From: the human T2T-CHM13v2.0 reference genome, Homo sapiens
Length of the DNA stretch: 64,000 nt
Assembly: GCF_009914755.1 (NCBI RefSeq)
Contig: NC_060940.1
Direction: 5' to 3' (one strand)
The translations under genes were made by a program, and so were the position numbers. The notes beneath the pieces are model-generated. The model made no database searches and was not told where the DNA came from. It saw only the letters and a list, made by a program, of their open reading frames with translations. Positions 1 to 56,229 of this stretch are shown here, one piece after another (position 1 is the first letter of the stretch; every line of letters starts with the position of its first letter).

Positions 1-1
1 C

Positions 2-1290
<1,289 letters not shown>

Positions 1291-1798
1291 CCTGCAGCCC
1301 CTGCTCACAATGTGCCGATTGTCTGCGTCCCTTGTCTGCAGCCTTGGCCAGGGGAAACTCAGAACAGAACCCCTCCCCTCCTGACCCTGCACCTCCCCCT
1401 CAGCTCTGGATCTGATATCCAGGTCAGAGCCAGGACAGCCCCTCCTCCCACCTGGGGGATGCCTGTCACCAGGCCCGGCTCCAGACACCTGGCCTGTGCA
1501 GACTGGAGCTCAGGGTCTGGGAGGCGTAGGGCTCGGCCGCGTGGAAATCCAGTCCGGCTGACCGACTGGAGGGCAGCCCAGGCCCGGCCAGGGTGACTCG
1601 CTAAGTGTGGTTGGGGTGGATTTCGTTTTCCTAAAGTGGCCTGAGTCTGTCAGGTTATCCTTGACTCCCAGAGTTGGGCACAGGGCCTGACACGCCACAA
1701 GCTGTCAATACGTGCCTGTTCAGTGAATGACAGGTGTGGGACTGTGCACCCCCAGCCACTTCCCAGCCCCCGCACACCCAAGACCAGGGGGTTCCTGA

Positions 1799-2215
<417 letters not shown>

Positions 2216-3153
2216 TGACACGGCAGCCCACCAGCTTCACTCCAGGGCCCTTTGCTTCCCTGGCTTCCCTTTGTGCCTGGCTTTCCCTCATTCTTCAAAA
2301 CATCTTCCTCTGAACCAGGCTGGGAGTGGGCAGTTGGCATTCCAGCTCTGGAGTTGGAACCCCAGTTACCCATCTACTTTGAGTCCTCCCACCCGTGGTG
2401 AGACGGCATCACCCGGGCCAATGCAAGGTGAGAGCAAGGACACCTGAGCCAGTGTGGGTTTGAGAGTTTAATCTGTGCTCTGGCGCCCACAGTGCTGCAG
2501 CCCCTCATGGGCCAGAGACAGGGTGCACGGGGACTCCCAGCCCCTACCCGGCAAGAGAGGCATCACTGACGCTGCATCTGCCATGCGCTCCTGGTGTGAC
2601 TGCACCCTGTCAGGCCAGACCCGGCTTGAGCCAACTTAGCCAAGCCAGCGTCAGTGTCACCAGCCTCATGGGTGGAGCCACCCTCATGCTGCTCTGCAGC
2701 ACCCTCTGAACCCGATATCCCAGGCCTGGGAGGTGCTGAAGGCTCAGGACGCCTCTTATTGCTCTGAAGTCTTTGTGACCAAGTGGAGTGCTGTGACTGT
2801 GGGGCCAAGAGAGAAGCTGCCAGGTACAGGGAAAGGCGCTGGTAGGGAGCCAGCCAGAAGGTGCAGCATCCCGGGATGGCCCTGCTGAGTCTGCTGTCAG
2901 GCCTGTGAAAGGTCAGCAGAGCCAAGGAGCAGGCAGGAGAGGCTGGAGCCCCGCCCAGAACCTTGGCGAGCTGGTGGCCCTGCCAAGTCCTGCTGGCCAC
3001 TGAAGAGGGAATCCAGGGCAAGGCAGGTGACCTCCTGGGCCACCAGTCTCTAACCCCTACCCCAGCCTAGGGAAGGGGAGGACAGGAAGAGACTGGATGC
3101 TTTGTAAAGGACTTCCTGTTCTTGGGGACATAACTCTCGTCCCCTCCCAGAGC

Positions 3154-3280
3154 CCTGGATGACTGACAGGCATTCCTTGGCCAACACATGCTTGAGCCGC
3201 GCTGCTGGCTGCAGGGCACCTGGATGACAGGCATTCCTTGGCCAACACATGCTTCAGCCGCGCTGCCGGCTGCAGGGCAC
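3154..3280. repeat. Two-copy tandem duplication, about 61-bp period, downstream of the PGP stop
   Basis: cctggatgac..aggcattccttggccaacacatgctt(g/c)agccgcgctg(c)..ggctgcagggcac starts at 3154 and again at 3219. Confidence 0.9.
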
Positions 3281-4189
3281 AGAGGCTCCTTCAGTGGAAT
3301 TTTGCCTACGACACAGAGCACAGCTATTAATACACTTAAAATTCAAATCCATTGCCTGACACAGTTGTTCAAAGTTAAAAACTGTTTGGTAGCAGCACTG
3401 CTCTGAGCTCCCTGCACTGCAGCCCGGAGTTCAGTGAAGGCGTCCACGCCATGGTAGCTGCTCCGTCCAAATCACCTGGGTATAAATGCACACTTGAGAC
3501 AGCAGAGCTTTAGCTGGGCTGCGTTTACAGAACTGGGCAGCAGCCCTGGGTATCTGAAACGGAACAGACACTCAGTTGTGACATCAGAGTGGTTTTCAAG
3601 GAAGTAGGGGAGGTGGGAGAGTGGTGAGGGCAGCACTTTGCACCCAAGGGCAGGGAGATGCCACCTGGGAGCAGCCGCCTCCTCCACTCCCACCCTGCTG
3701 GGAGGCACAGGGACACAGAAGGCTCCGCTGGACTTTCAGTCATACTGATGGGGCTCTGGTCCATGCAAGCCTCTCCCAACAGTCAGAATAATCAGTCCCT
3801 CTGCCCCCTGAGGGGCTGGATCCCTGAATGAGTTTTTCAATAAAATACAGGACACACACCCCTAGACCCGCCTCAGTCCCATCGGCAGGCCCTGGTTACC
3901 TGAATCCCGGACAGGTGCAGAGCCTGCCCCTGCCAACCCCACCCAAGGCCCAGAACCCAGCCCACAACGCCTTCCAGGCCTAAAAGTGCATCTTCGATTA
4001 CAAGCATCTGTAAACAAAATCGTCCCCCAAACGTGTACTTACAAGGTTAACAATGAATGCCTTTGCTTAACTCCAATTACACTCTTTGAAGCCACTTAGC
4101 CGAGCAGATGCTTAAGCCCCACCTATTAATTTGGGTAACTGGTTTTCAATTTCTTTTTTTTTATTCTGCAGATTAAAGACACTCAATCT

Positions 4190-5239
4190 TTAACCTTGAA
4201 GGGCAGGCAAAAGGTCGGCTATGCTGTCAACATAGAAGTCAGGGACCATTTTCTTCTTAGACACGCAGTCACTTTCCTGATTATTCTTCACATCCCCTAG
4301 AGTGGAGACTCCGGTGAGGGTCAGGATGGTCTTCAGGCCACAGGTGGCGCCTAGGAGGATGTCTGTGTCCAGGCGGTCTCCCACCATGACGGTGCGCTCG
4401 GGGTTGATGCCGTATTCCTGGGACACGCAGTCGAAAATGAAGCGGCTGGGCTTCCCGATGATGTCGGCCTGGCGCTGGGCGGCCATCTCCACGGCTCGGA
4501 CCAGACACCCGGTACCTGCGGGGCACAGGGGACCGGGTCAAAGGGCAGGGAGGGGGCCCGCCGCCCGCCCCCCAGCCTCCCGCCCCAGGGCGCACGGACC
4601 CGCGATGAAGCGGCCGTTCTCAAGCGGAAGCCGGTTGTCCATGTTGGTGCCCACGAGCAGGCAGCCGGGCTGCTGCAGGTAGCGCAGGGCCTTGGTGAGC
4701 TTCATGTAGCTGAAGTGCGGGTCAAAGCCCACCACCACCGCGCGCACGTCGGGCTCCAGCGGCGCGTGCAGCCAGTCGCCGGGACCCTCGCCCTGCAGTG
4801 GCTCGGGCCCCACGCCCACGCTGGCGACGCCCACGGCCTCCAGCTCCGCGGCCAGGGCTGGGCTGCCCAGCACGTAGGCCTTGGGCGCGGGGGCGCCGGC
4901 CAGGCGCTGGCGCAGGTAGAGCGCGGTGCAGTAGGCCGTGCCGAAGACCTCCAGGCTGGCGCCGGGCCCCGCGGGGCCGCCGAAGCCCAGGCGCCGCAGC
5001 TTCTCGGCGTAGGCAGCGCGGGTCTTGCTGCTGTTGTTGGTGATGAAGCCCAGGCGCTTGCCGCGGGCTCGCAGCGCCCGCAGGGCCTCGGGCGCGCCAG
5101 GCACGGCGGTCTCCCCGCGCCACAGCACGCCGTCGCAGTCGAACAGCAGCGTGTCCACGTCGGCCAGCAGCGCCTGTGCCCGCTCGGCGCTCAGCCGCAC
5201 GCAGCGGGCGTCGTCGCCACCGGCCTTCGCCGCCGCCAT
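4190..5239 (-). CDS. PGP: Phosphoglycolate / glycerol-3-phosphate phosphatase (HAD family), 321 aa, 2 exons
   Basis: Exons 5239-4600 and 4515-4190 (84-nt GT-AG intron), total 966 nt. HAD motifs [16 protein letters not shown] and GDRLDTD. Confidence 0.97.
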
Positions 5240-5900
5240 CGCCGCCCGCCGGCCGCCGCCGCCCGCCGGCCGCTCCTCGCAGCCGCCCGCCGCGGCGCCC
5301 TCCCCGCCCCCGGGGCGCTCATTGGCCCAGCGCCTCGCGCCCGCCGCCCATTGGCCTGCACCTTCGCCAATCCGCCCCCGCCTCCCGCGGGCTGCGGGAG
5401 CTCAGCGCCAATCGGTGAGGCCCGGCGCGGGGAGAGGGGCGATCATTGGCTACCGGCCTTGGGACGCCCCGGTGATTGGCTGGCAGGGCTCCAACCGGCA
5501 TTCGGAGTGAAGCGCTCGCTGCGGAAATGCGGCAGAGGGGAGAGCAGCGCAGGCGCAAGGCCGCTGTTCCCGGGCTGCCGCGGGCCGCTCACCCATTGGA
5601 AGCGAGTGGTCAGCCTAGGTGACGAGGCCCTTCACGGAGTGACCCGGGCCAGGCCGGCTGTCCATTGGCCGGTCTCTCCCGCGGGCATGGGCGGGGCTCT
5701 CGCAGGAGCGCCGCGGGAGGGGGCCGGGGCATCTTCGTCGGCCGTGCCCGTGCCTCTGTGCCGTGGACGCGCTCGGGACACGGGGCCACCACGTGGGTCG
5801 CTTACCGGCCAGTCCCGCGAGCCAGCCCGGGGCTCCTTCCCCGGCAGGCGTGAGTACGCGCCTCAGTCCTTTGCAAAAACGCGTTCCCGGTTCCTTGGAG
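4300..5900. promoter_or_regulatory. CpG island over PGP and its promoter; CCAAT-box cluster
   Basis: Very high CpG density. CCAAT/ATTGG at 5321, 5350, 5367, 5408, 5445, 5475, 5595 and 5664; GC boxes; CCACGTGG E-box at 5789-5796. Confidence 0.85.
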
Positions 5901-5957
5901 GTAACACGAACCAGCCATTACCAGGCTGGGGGATTAGGGTCTAAGGACACTGTCTAG

Positions 5958-6701
<744 letters not shown>

Positions 6702-6735
6702 GGAAGTTTTACATTTTTACATGTATATATATATT

Positions 6736-9751
<3,016 letters not shown>

Positions 9752-9780
9752 CCCTTTGCCTCTTAAAGGCCTCACCTCTT

Positions 9781-10448
9781 TTTTATTTTTATTTTTATTT
9801 TTATTGATCATTCTTGGGTGTTTCTCACAGAGGGGGATTTGGCAGGGTCATAGGACAATAGTGGAGGGAAGGTCAGCAGATAAACAAGTGAACAAAGGTC
9901 TCTGGTTTTCCTAGGCAGAGGACCCTGCAGCCTTCCGCAGTGTTTGTGTCCCTGGGTACTTGAGATTAGGGAGTGGTGATGACTCTTAAGGAGCATGCTG
10001 CCTTCAAGCATCTGTTTAACAAAGCACATCTTGCACCGCCCTTAATCCATTCAACCCTGAGTGGACACAGCACATGTTTCAGAGAGCACAGGGTTGGGGA
10101 TAAGGTCACAGATCAACAGGATCCCAAGGCAGAAGAATTTTTCTTAGTACAGAACAAAATGAAAAGTCTCCCATGTCTACCTCTTTCTACACAGACACGG
10201 CAACCATCCGATTTCTCAATCTTTTCCCCACCTTTCCCGCCTTCCTATTCTACAAAGCCGCCATTGTCATCCTGGCCCGTTCTCAATGAGCTGTTGGGCA
10301 CACCTCCCAGACGGGGTGGTGGCCGGGCAGAGGGGTTCCTCACTTCCCAGTAGGGGTGGCCGGGCAGAGGCGCCCCTCACCTCCCGGACGGGGCGGCTGG
10401 CTGGGCAGGGGGCTGACCCCCCCACCTCCCTCCCGGATGGGGCGGCTG
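9781..10448 (-). mobile_element. 5'-truncated SVA retrotransposon (SINE-R plus a few VNTR units)
   Basis: T-rich tail, then the SINE-R signature (ttattgatcattcttgggtgtttctc...gagcatgctgccttcaagcatctgtttaacaaagcacatc), then VNTR units (ggggtggccgggcagaggcgcccctcacctcccggacggggcggctgg). TSD AAGGCCTCACCTCTT at 9766-9780 and 10449-10463. Confidence 0.93.
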
Positions 10449-10758
10449 AAGGCCTCACCTCTTAATGCTGTTACATTGGGGATAAAGTTTCAGCATGAGT
10501 TTAGAGGGGACAATCATCCCATCCATACCCCTAAATCCCCTGGATACCGGCTTCTCAGTTACTCCTCAGCACACCATGAATGGAGGTCTTTTGGGGCTCT
10601 GCACTCACCTCCTCCATGGCTTCACCTCACCCACCTGTCTCCTGGTCCTCCTCCCCAGCAGCTCCCCAGAACCCTCAAGCTCCAAAAGCTCCAACCTGCT
10701 CTTCGTTCTGTTTGCCCCACTCAGAGACCACCCATTCTGGCTCTCAGTGGCTTTCTGA

Positions 10759-13490
<2,732 letters not shown>

Positions 13491-14061
13491 TAAAAGTATA
13501 TAAAAGAATAAAACAGCTTCGCAGAGCTACCCATGAGCCATCCCCGACCCGTGTTCTTTTCCCGTGACCCGGGTAACCATCTTGGGAGGCTCTAACACCC
13601 TAGGCGGTCAGTGGGCAGCAGGCACCACACCCCTGGTTGGAGCTGTGGCGGCTTCCCAGCAGCAGCCGCGGGCGGGGCGACCTGTCCTTAGGTACGGAAG
13701 CGCTGGGGCGCGGCTGCCTAGCAGCCGCCAGTCCGCTCGCCCCTCGCGTTCTCTGGCTCTCAAATCCGAGTGCAGCCTCGAACATAGGTCCTTCTGCCGC
13801 CCCGCCCCCTGGCTGGCAATCTGCTCCACCGTAACCACGCCCTCCCCACAGTCCCGCCCCATCTTCGCTCTCAGCGCGCCCGGCCCCGCCTCTGCCCTTT
13901 AAGGCCACACCGCTATCCAGGCCCGGCTCCCCGCCTGTCCGTCAATCCGCTCCGGTTCTGCCCCGCCCTCCTCTTGCCGTTCCCTCACGCTGGCCTCGGC
14001 GCGGCCCGTTGTTATGACGACATGGTCGTAAATCCGCCATCTTCCTGCGGCGCGTTGCGAC

Positions 14062-26021
<11,960 letters not shown>

Positions 26022-26170
26022 CATGAGGTCTGCGGGGTCCTGGCCGGGCAGGGACAGGGCAGAGGACTCTGAGCGCCCCACCCATGCCTGCCTGGCCTGG
26101 TAGAGAAGATGGCACAGGATGGAGGCGCCCCAAGACGGACAGTGTACATAAGAGTTTCTTGTTGCTTTAC

Positions 26171-26176
26171 AATAAA
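26171..26176 (+). terminator. E4F1 polyadenylation signal AATAAA
   Basis: AATAAA about 150 nt after the stop, followed by GT-rich sequence (ttgtgatgttgtgg). Confidence 0.85.
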
Positions 26177-27265
26177 ACATGAGAACCTGCAGCTTGTGAT
26201 GTTGTGGCAGTGGCAGCCTCCGCGGCTGGTGCCACCACCTTTGCCCAGGCCCCCGCAGCAGCACCTGCCTCCCAGGCCACTCCTAGACTCACGTGCCTGG
26301 CCGCCCCACCCAGGGGCTTCTGCCAGCCCTGGCGGCGCCTTGGTGCTGTGTGGGTGTCATTGGCATGTTGACCAACAGCCTCCTGCCCTGCCCAGCTGGA
26401 GCTGTGCCCCCAGCTGCGCTGCCTGAGGCCTGTGGGTGGGTGGGAGGACCAGGGACGGGGACAGGGAGATCTGGGAGCCTCGGCCTCCACCGCAGGGTGA
26501 GCAGGTGGAGCAGCAGCAGGAGATGCTGGGTAGGGAGTGTGGCTGGTCCTACCTGCGCTGCCTTGCTTTCCCTGAAGGGATTCTGCTCAGGGAGGCAGAG
26601 TCTAGGCGACCTAATTTCTAGGGGCGAGGACAAGAACACAGCCGCACCGGGATGTGGCTGACCGTCTACCTCCCTCCTAGGGGGCTGGCAGGGGCTTCTG
26701 GGACGGTTTTGGGACAGGTCTGGGGCACCAGAACCGGCTCAGGCAGGTCTCCCACCCCTTACCCTGGGGGTCTCCATGGGAATGAAAGCCAGGAGTTCAT
26801 CAGGCACCCAGCTGAGTCGAGGGGGCGGGACCCAGTGCAGCCCGGCCCCTCCCTGGCCCAGGACCTCAAATACCGGCCCCTGCCTTGGTGCCAGAGCTAC
26901 TGCCAGAGGGAGTCAGTGCAGTCCTGTGTCGGACACGCCCGCAGCCTGGACCCGGGATCCCCATCCCCCTAGGATCTCTGAGCCTCGGGCCTCTGCACCC
27001 ACATCCAAGGTGAGTCTCTCGGCTGCCCTGAGCTGGGGCTGGATGGGCCGGACCCTCCATTCCGGCTGCAGCTTCCCGCGCAGTGAGAAGGCAGCGGTCC
27101 CTGAGAGCCCAGCAGTGCCCTGGGAGCCTGCAGAACGCAGGGGCGGATTCCGCGTCGCACTGGCCGTCAAGGGGCGGCCGCGGAGGGAAGGGGTGGGTCG
27201 GTGGGTCTGACAGCGGGTCTGCGTAGGCGGCAGCGTCTGTCCCTCCCAGCCTCTCGCTCCGCGCC

Positions 27266-28867
27266 ATGGGCGGGCCCCGGGCTCTGCTGGCCGCACTCTG
27301 GGCGCTGGAAGCCGCCGGGACCGCCGCGCTTCGCATCGGAGCCTTCAACATTCAGAGCTTCGGTGACAGCAAAGTGTCGGACCCCGCTTGCGGCAGCATC
27401 ATCGCGAAGGTGGGGCCCGGGCCGGGGCGGGGCGGCGTTTAGGGGTGCTGACCGCGCTGACCCCCGCACCCGCCGCTCCTCCCCAGATCCTGGCTGGCTA
27501 TGACCTCGCGCTGGTGCAGGAGGTGCGAGACCCAGACCTCAGCGCCGTGTCCGCGCTCATGGAGCAGATCAACAGGTGTGGTGGGCAGGGCCCCTCGTCG
27601 CGACCCCCCGCCGGGATCTCGCCCCGGCGCGGCGCCCCGACCCTGAGCGGGCCCCTGTCTCCGCAGCGTGTCCGAGCACGAGTACAGCTTTGTGAGCAGC
27701 CAGCCCCTGGGCCGGGACCAGTACAAGGAGATGTACCTGTTCGTGTACAGGTGAGGGGCGGGCCGCAGGGAGGGGCGCGCGGGGCCGCAGGTCGGGGGCT
27801 CAGCGGGTCCTCCCCATCTCCTAGGAAAGACGCGGTGTCGGTCGTGGACACCTACCTGTACCCAGACCCCGAGGACGTCTTCAGCCGCGAGCCCTTCGTG
27901 GTCAAGTTCTCGGCCCCCGGCACCGGTGAGCGGGCCCCGCCCCTCCCCTCCCGCCGAGCTCTGACGCCCCCACCCCTTCCCGCAGCAGCACAGAACCTGG
28001 TGCTGATCCCGCTGCACGCGGCGCCGCATCAAGCCGTGGCGGAGATCGACGCGCTCTACGACGTGTACCTGGACGTGATCGACAAGTGGGGCACCGACGT
28101 AAGCCCACCCCTCGGTCCCGGGGTCCCTGCAGGCGCGCCCCGGGGGTCTGGTTCATGAGGGCGGGACCTCGACGGCTCCTGCGGCGGCTCAGACACGGCT
28201 CCGCGGCGCCCGCAGGACATGCTGTTCCTGGGCGACTTCAACGCCGACTGCAGCTATGTGCGGGCGCAGGACTGGGCCGCCATCCGTCTGAGGAGCAGTG
28301 AGGTCTTCAAGTGGCTCATCCCTGACAGCGCCGACACCACGGTGGGCAACTCAGACTGCGCCTACGACCGCATTGTGGCCTGTGGCGCCCGCCTGCGCCG
28401 GAGCCTGAAGCCCCAGTCGGCCACCGTGCACGACTTCCAGGAGGAATTCGGCCTGGACCAGACTCAGGCGAGTGGGCCGTGGGGCGGTGCTGGTCTTGGG
28501 TCCCCACCGCCCGGGCGCACGCAGGCAGCAGGGAGGGTCCAGCGCCCAAGGCAGGGCCACCTCAGCTTCCTCCCTGCACCAGGGCTCGTTTCCAAGGACC
28601 CTGGAGAGCCCGGCCCACCCCATGTGGAGCTCTGGGCAGGCAGGGTACCTTGCCTTTCCCTCAAAGGGCCAATGGTGACACCCTCTGCCCCGGCCCCTGC
28701 CCCTGCCCCACCGCAGGCAGCAGCAGGGGTGGGCACCCAGGCCTCACCGGCCCCTCCCATCCCTGTGGGTGGGGTGCACTTTTCCCCTGAGGCTCACTCT
28801 GTCCCCACAGGCTCTTGCCATCAGCGACCACTTTCCAGTGGAGGTGACCCTCAAGTTCCACCGATGA
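27266..28867 (+). CDS. DNASE1L2: Deoxyribonuclease 1-like 2 (long form 299 aa)
   Basis: Exons 27266-27409, 27487-27575, 27667-27750, 27825-28098, 28216-28467 and 28811-28867 = 900 nt. Signal peptide, then DNase I motifs RIGAFNIQSFG, LVQEVRD, FSREPF, PLHAAP, LGDFNADCSY, CAYDRIV and ISDHFPVEV. Probable non-coding exon 1 ends at 27009 (AAG|GTGAGT). Confidence 0.96.
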
Positions 28868-29128
28868 CTCGAGGCCTGGCTGGGGCATGCCACCTGCAGA
28901 CCCTGGCTCTGAGGAATGGCCCAACAGTGGCCCCTTCAGGGTGGCAGCCACCCTTCAGTGAGGCCCCAAGGCAGAGTCGGCTGGGCGTGGACCAGGGGCC
29001 ATGGACACGTGATGTGCTGCTCTGTACCTCCGTTCCCCATCTGTGGGACGGGCTGCATCCAGCGACCTCATGGGGTGTTGTGAGCCCCATGAGGGGTGCA
29101 GGGGGCACTGCCCGGCAGATGTCTGCTC

Positions 29129-29134
29129 AATAAA
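29129..29134 (+). terminator. DNASE1L2 polyadenylation signal AATAAA
   Basis: First AATAAA after the stop at 28867. Confidence 0.8.
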
Positions 29135-30426
29135 TGAGCTGCTCCCGGTCGGGCCCCACAGCTTGGCTCCCAGGCCTCTGTCCTTCCTTAGGACCCAGCC
29201 TCAGCTCCTTAGGGGCAGCCATGGCCTGGGCTGCCCACCCCATGTCCTGGTGGGACGTGGCTGCCCCCGGAGCCTGCTGGCCCCAGAAGGCAGCTCAGGG
29301 ATGCTCCTTGCTCATCCTCTGTGGAAACTACAAACGCTCCCAGGAGCCTGTACTGTGAGCACAGCTGGGACAGGGATGGCGCCAACACACCAGCCTCCTG
29401 GGCCCTCGGGGCTCTCAGAACAGCTCTCCCCAGGCCCACCCCGCAGCCCCCATTCCAGGGCCCTGCAGGGCCCCCAGGCACTTGTCTGTCTCAAGAGCCC
29501 GGTCTTACCCAGCACTGCAAGGGGAGGCCAGCCCCAGCTAGTCAGCAGCCCTGGAGCTTTTGGAGAGCCTGAGAGCAGTGGGCGGGCTGGACTCCTCCCT
29601 GCCCAGGCAGGTGGCTTGGGACTAAGGTCCCGTGCAAAGAACCGCCCAGCTCGCCGTGGCTCAGCCCTTCAAGGCTGCTGCCCTGTGCCTGGGCAAGGAC
29701 ACATTAGGATAGGGAAAAGGCAGGCCCACGGGTCCACTGGGTCACTGACTGGGGCCCGATGAGGTTTCTGGTTTTTGAAACATCACATCTTAGCAAGATG
29801 TGGTAACTTGGTCTGAATCGCATGGGAGGAAAAACCTTTGTTTCAAGGGTTTGGATGAGTTTGGTTCTTGCAAAATCCTTCTTAAGGGACATTTGGATCC
29901 CTGGCAGCACAGCTGCCTCCAGAGTCCCACTCCCGCTGGCTCAGGATCCCCCAGTTGCTCTGATTCACTGTGCGCTCTTCATCCTGATGAGTAAGGGCAG
30001 TGACCAAAGGGCTTTTCCCTGGGGAGTTCTGTGTGGGTCATGGGGGCCAAGACCACCTGGCCTTACACCTAAGAGCAGGCAGTCCAAAGGCCAGAATGGA
30101 TGACCAGGGACTTGACTTACGATTCTGCCTTGGGAACAGAGACACTCCGTGGCAACCTCACCAGGTCCAGAATGGCATCCCCTGCCAGTCACAATCCCAA
30201 GTCAAAAGGCTGCCCTCCAACTCCCCTTGCCTGACGGGCACAGGCACCCATGTGTGTTTGTGTGTGGCTGGGCCTTGGGCCACTGGGCTATGAGGAACAG
30301 GAACTTCTACGTAACATCAGCAAAATGAAACGCTGGCAGTACTTTTAAGTTGAAAAATACCTTGTTTAAGACCTCCCTGGGACCCACAGGGGCACGTGTG
30401 GCCGTAAGCCTGTGGCAGCCCAATCG

Positions 30427-42013
<11,587 letters not shown>

Positions 42014-42854
42014 CTTGACCGCAACGCGCGGGATAAAGGTCGCGGGCTGAGCTCGCCTCCTGGGGAGGGGGCGGAGCCCCCCCAACTAGGTCCCGCCCCG
42101 TTCCCAGAGGCTGGTCAACGCCTCCACCTACCGGCCGAAACAGCCGCTCGCCGCCCTCCGGCTTCACCCCGGGCAGCCGCGCGCTTCCGGGGCAGGCACC
42201 TGGATCTGGGCCAGGGCTGGCCTACAAGGAGGCGCAGGCCCACTGCTGAAGCAGCCACGACCAGCTCAGCGCCAGGGCAGGCTCTTCTGCAGCGCGGGAC
42301 ACTGTAGGCAAGAGGCTGCCGGTGTTCGTGACCGCGAGCTCTCGGCCGGGCCCAGCTACTGCAGTATCGGCGCTGGAAAGGCGATCAAAGCACGGAACCC
42401 CTCCCGAGGGGGCCGTCAGGGAGGCCAGGGGCTGCCTGGGGTGAGCCCGGCCTCCTGCCCCTTTGGGAACAGGATCAGAGCTGCAGGTTTAGTCACCGAA
42501 ATGGGGGTGGGGGCAGCAGAACCCAGCGGTAAGAACAGGCCACCCGCCTTGCTCAGCACAAGGGCAAGTGCACAAAGGCCGGACCGCAGTGGCACCTTTT
42601 TATTTGCAGAGAAATGCCGAAAGATAAGAATACAGTCTGTTCCCGCTGGGCCGTAAGCGGCAGCTCGGGAGTGGGCCTTTGTACTGTCTGGTGTGGGGTT
42701 TTGGTCAGACCACTGGGAGCACTGGGCAGTAAGGTCCCAGCTGTGTTGGGTGGTCTCAACTTTTGTTCTCATCTTAAGCATTTCCAATTCTTCCTTGTGT
42801 CCCAAACCAATTTTTGAGGTGGAAAAATGGCCACTTAACGGAGGAGGAAGCAAG

Positions 42855-56229
<13,375 letters not shown>

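Noticed and set aside
4715-5944. 409-aa + strand ORF antisense to PGP
   Set aside because: Stop-poor CpG-island shadow ORF with a non-ATG start, low-complexity Ala/Gly/Arg/Pro content and no recognisable domain.
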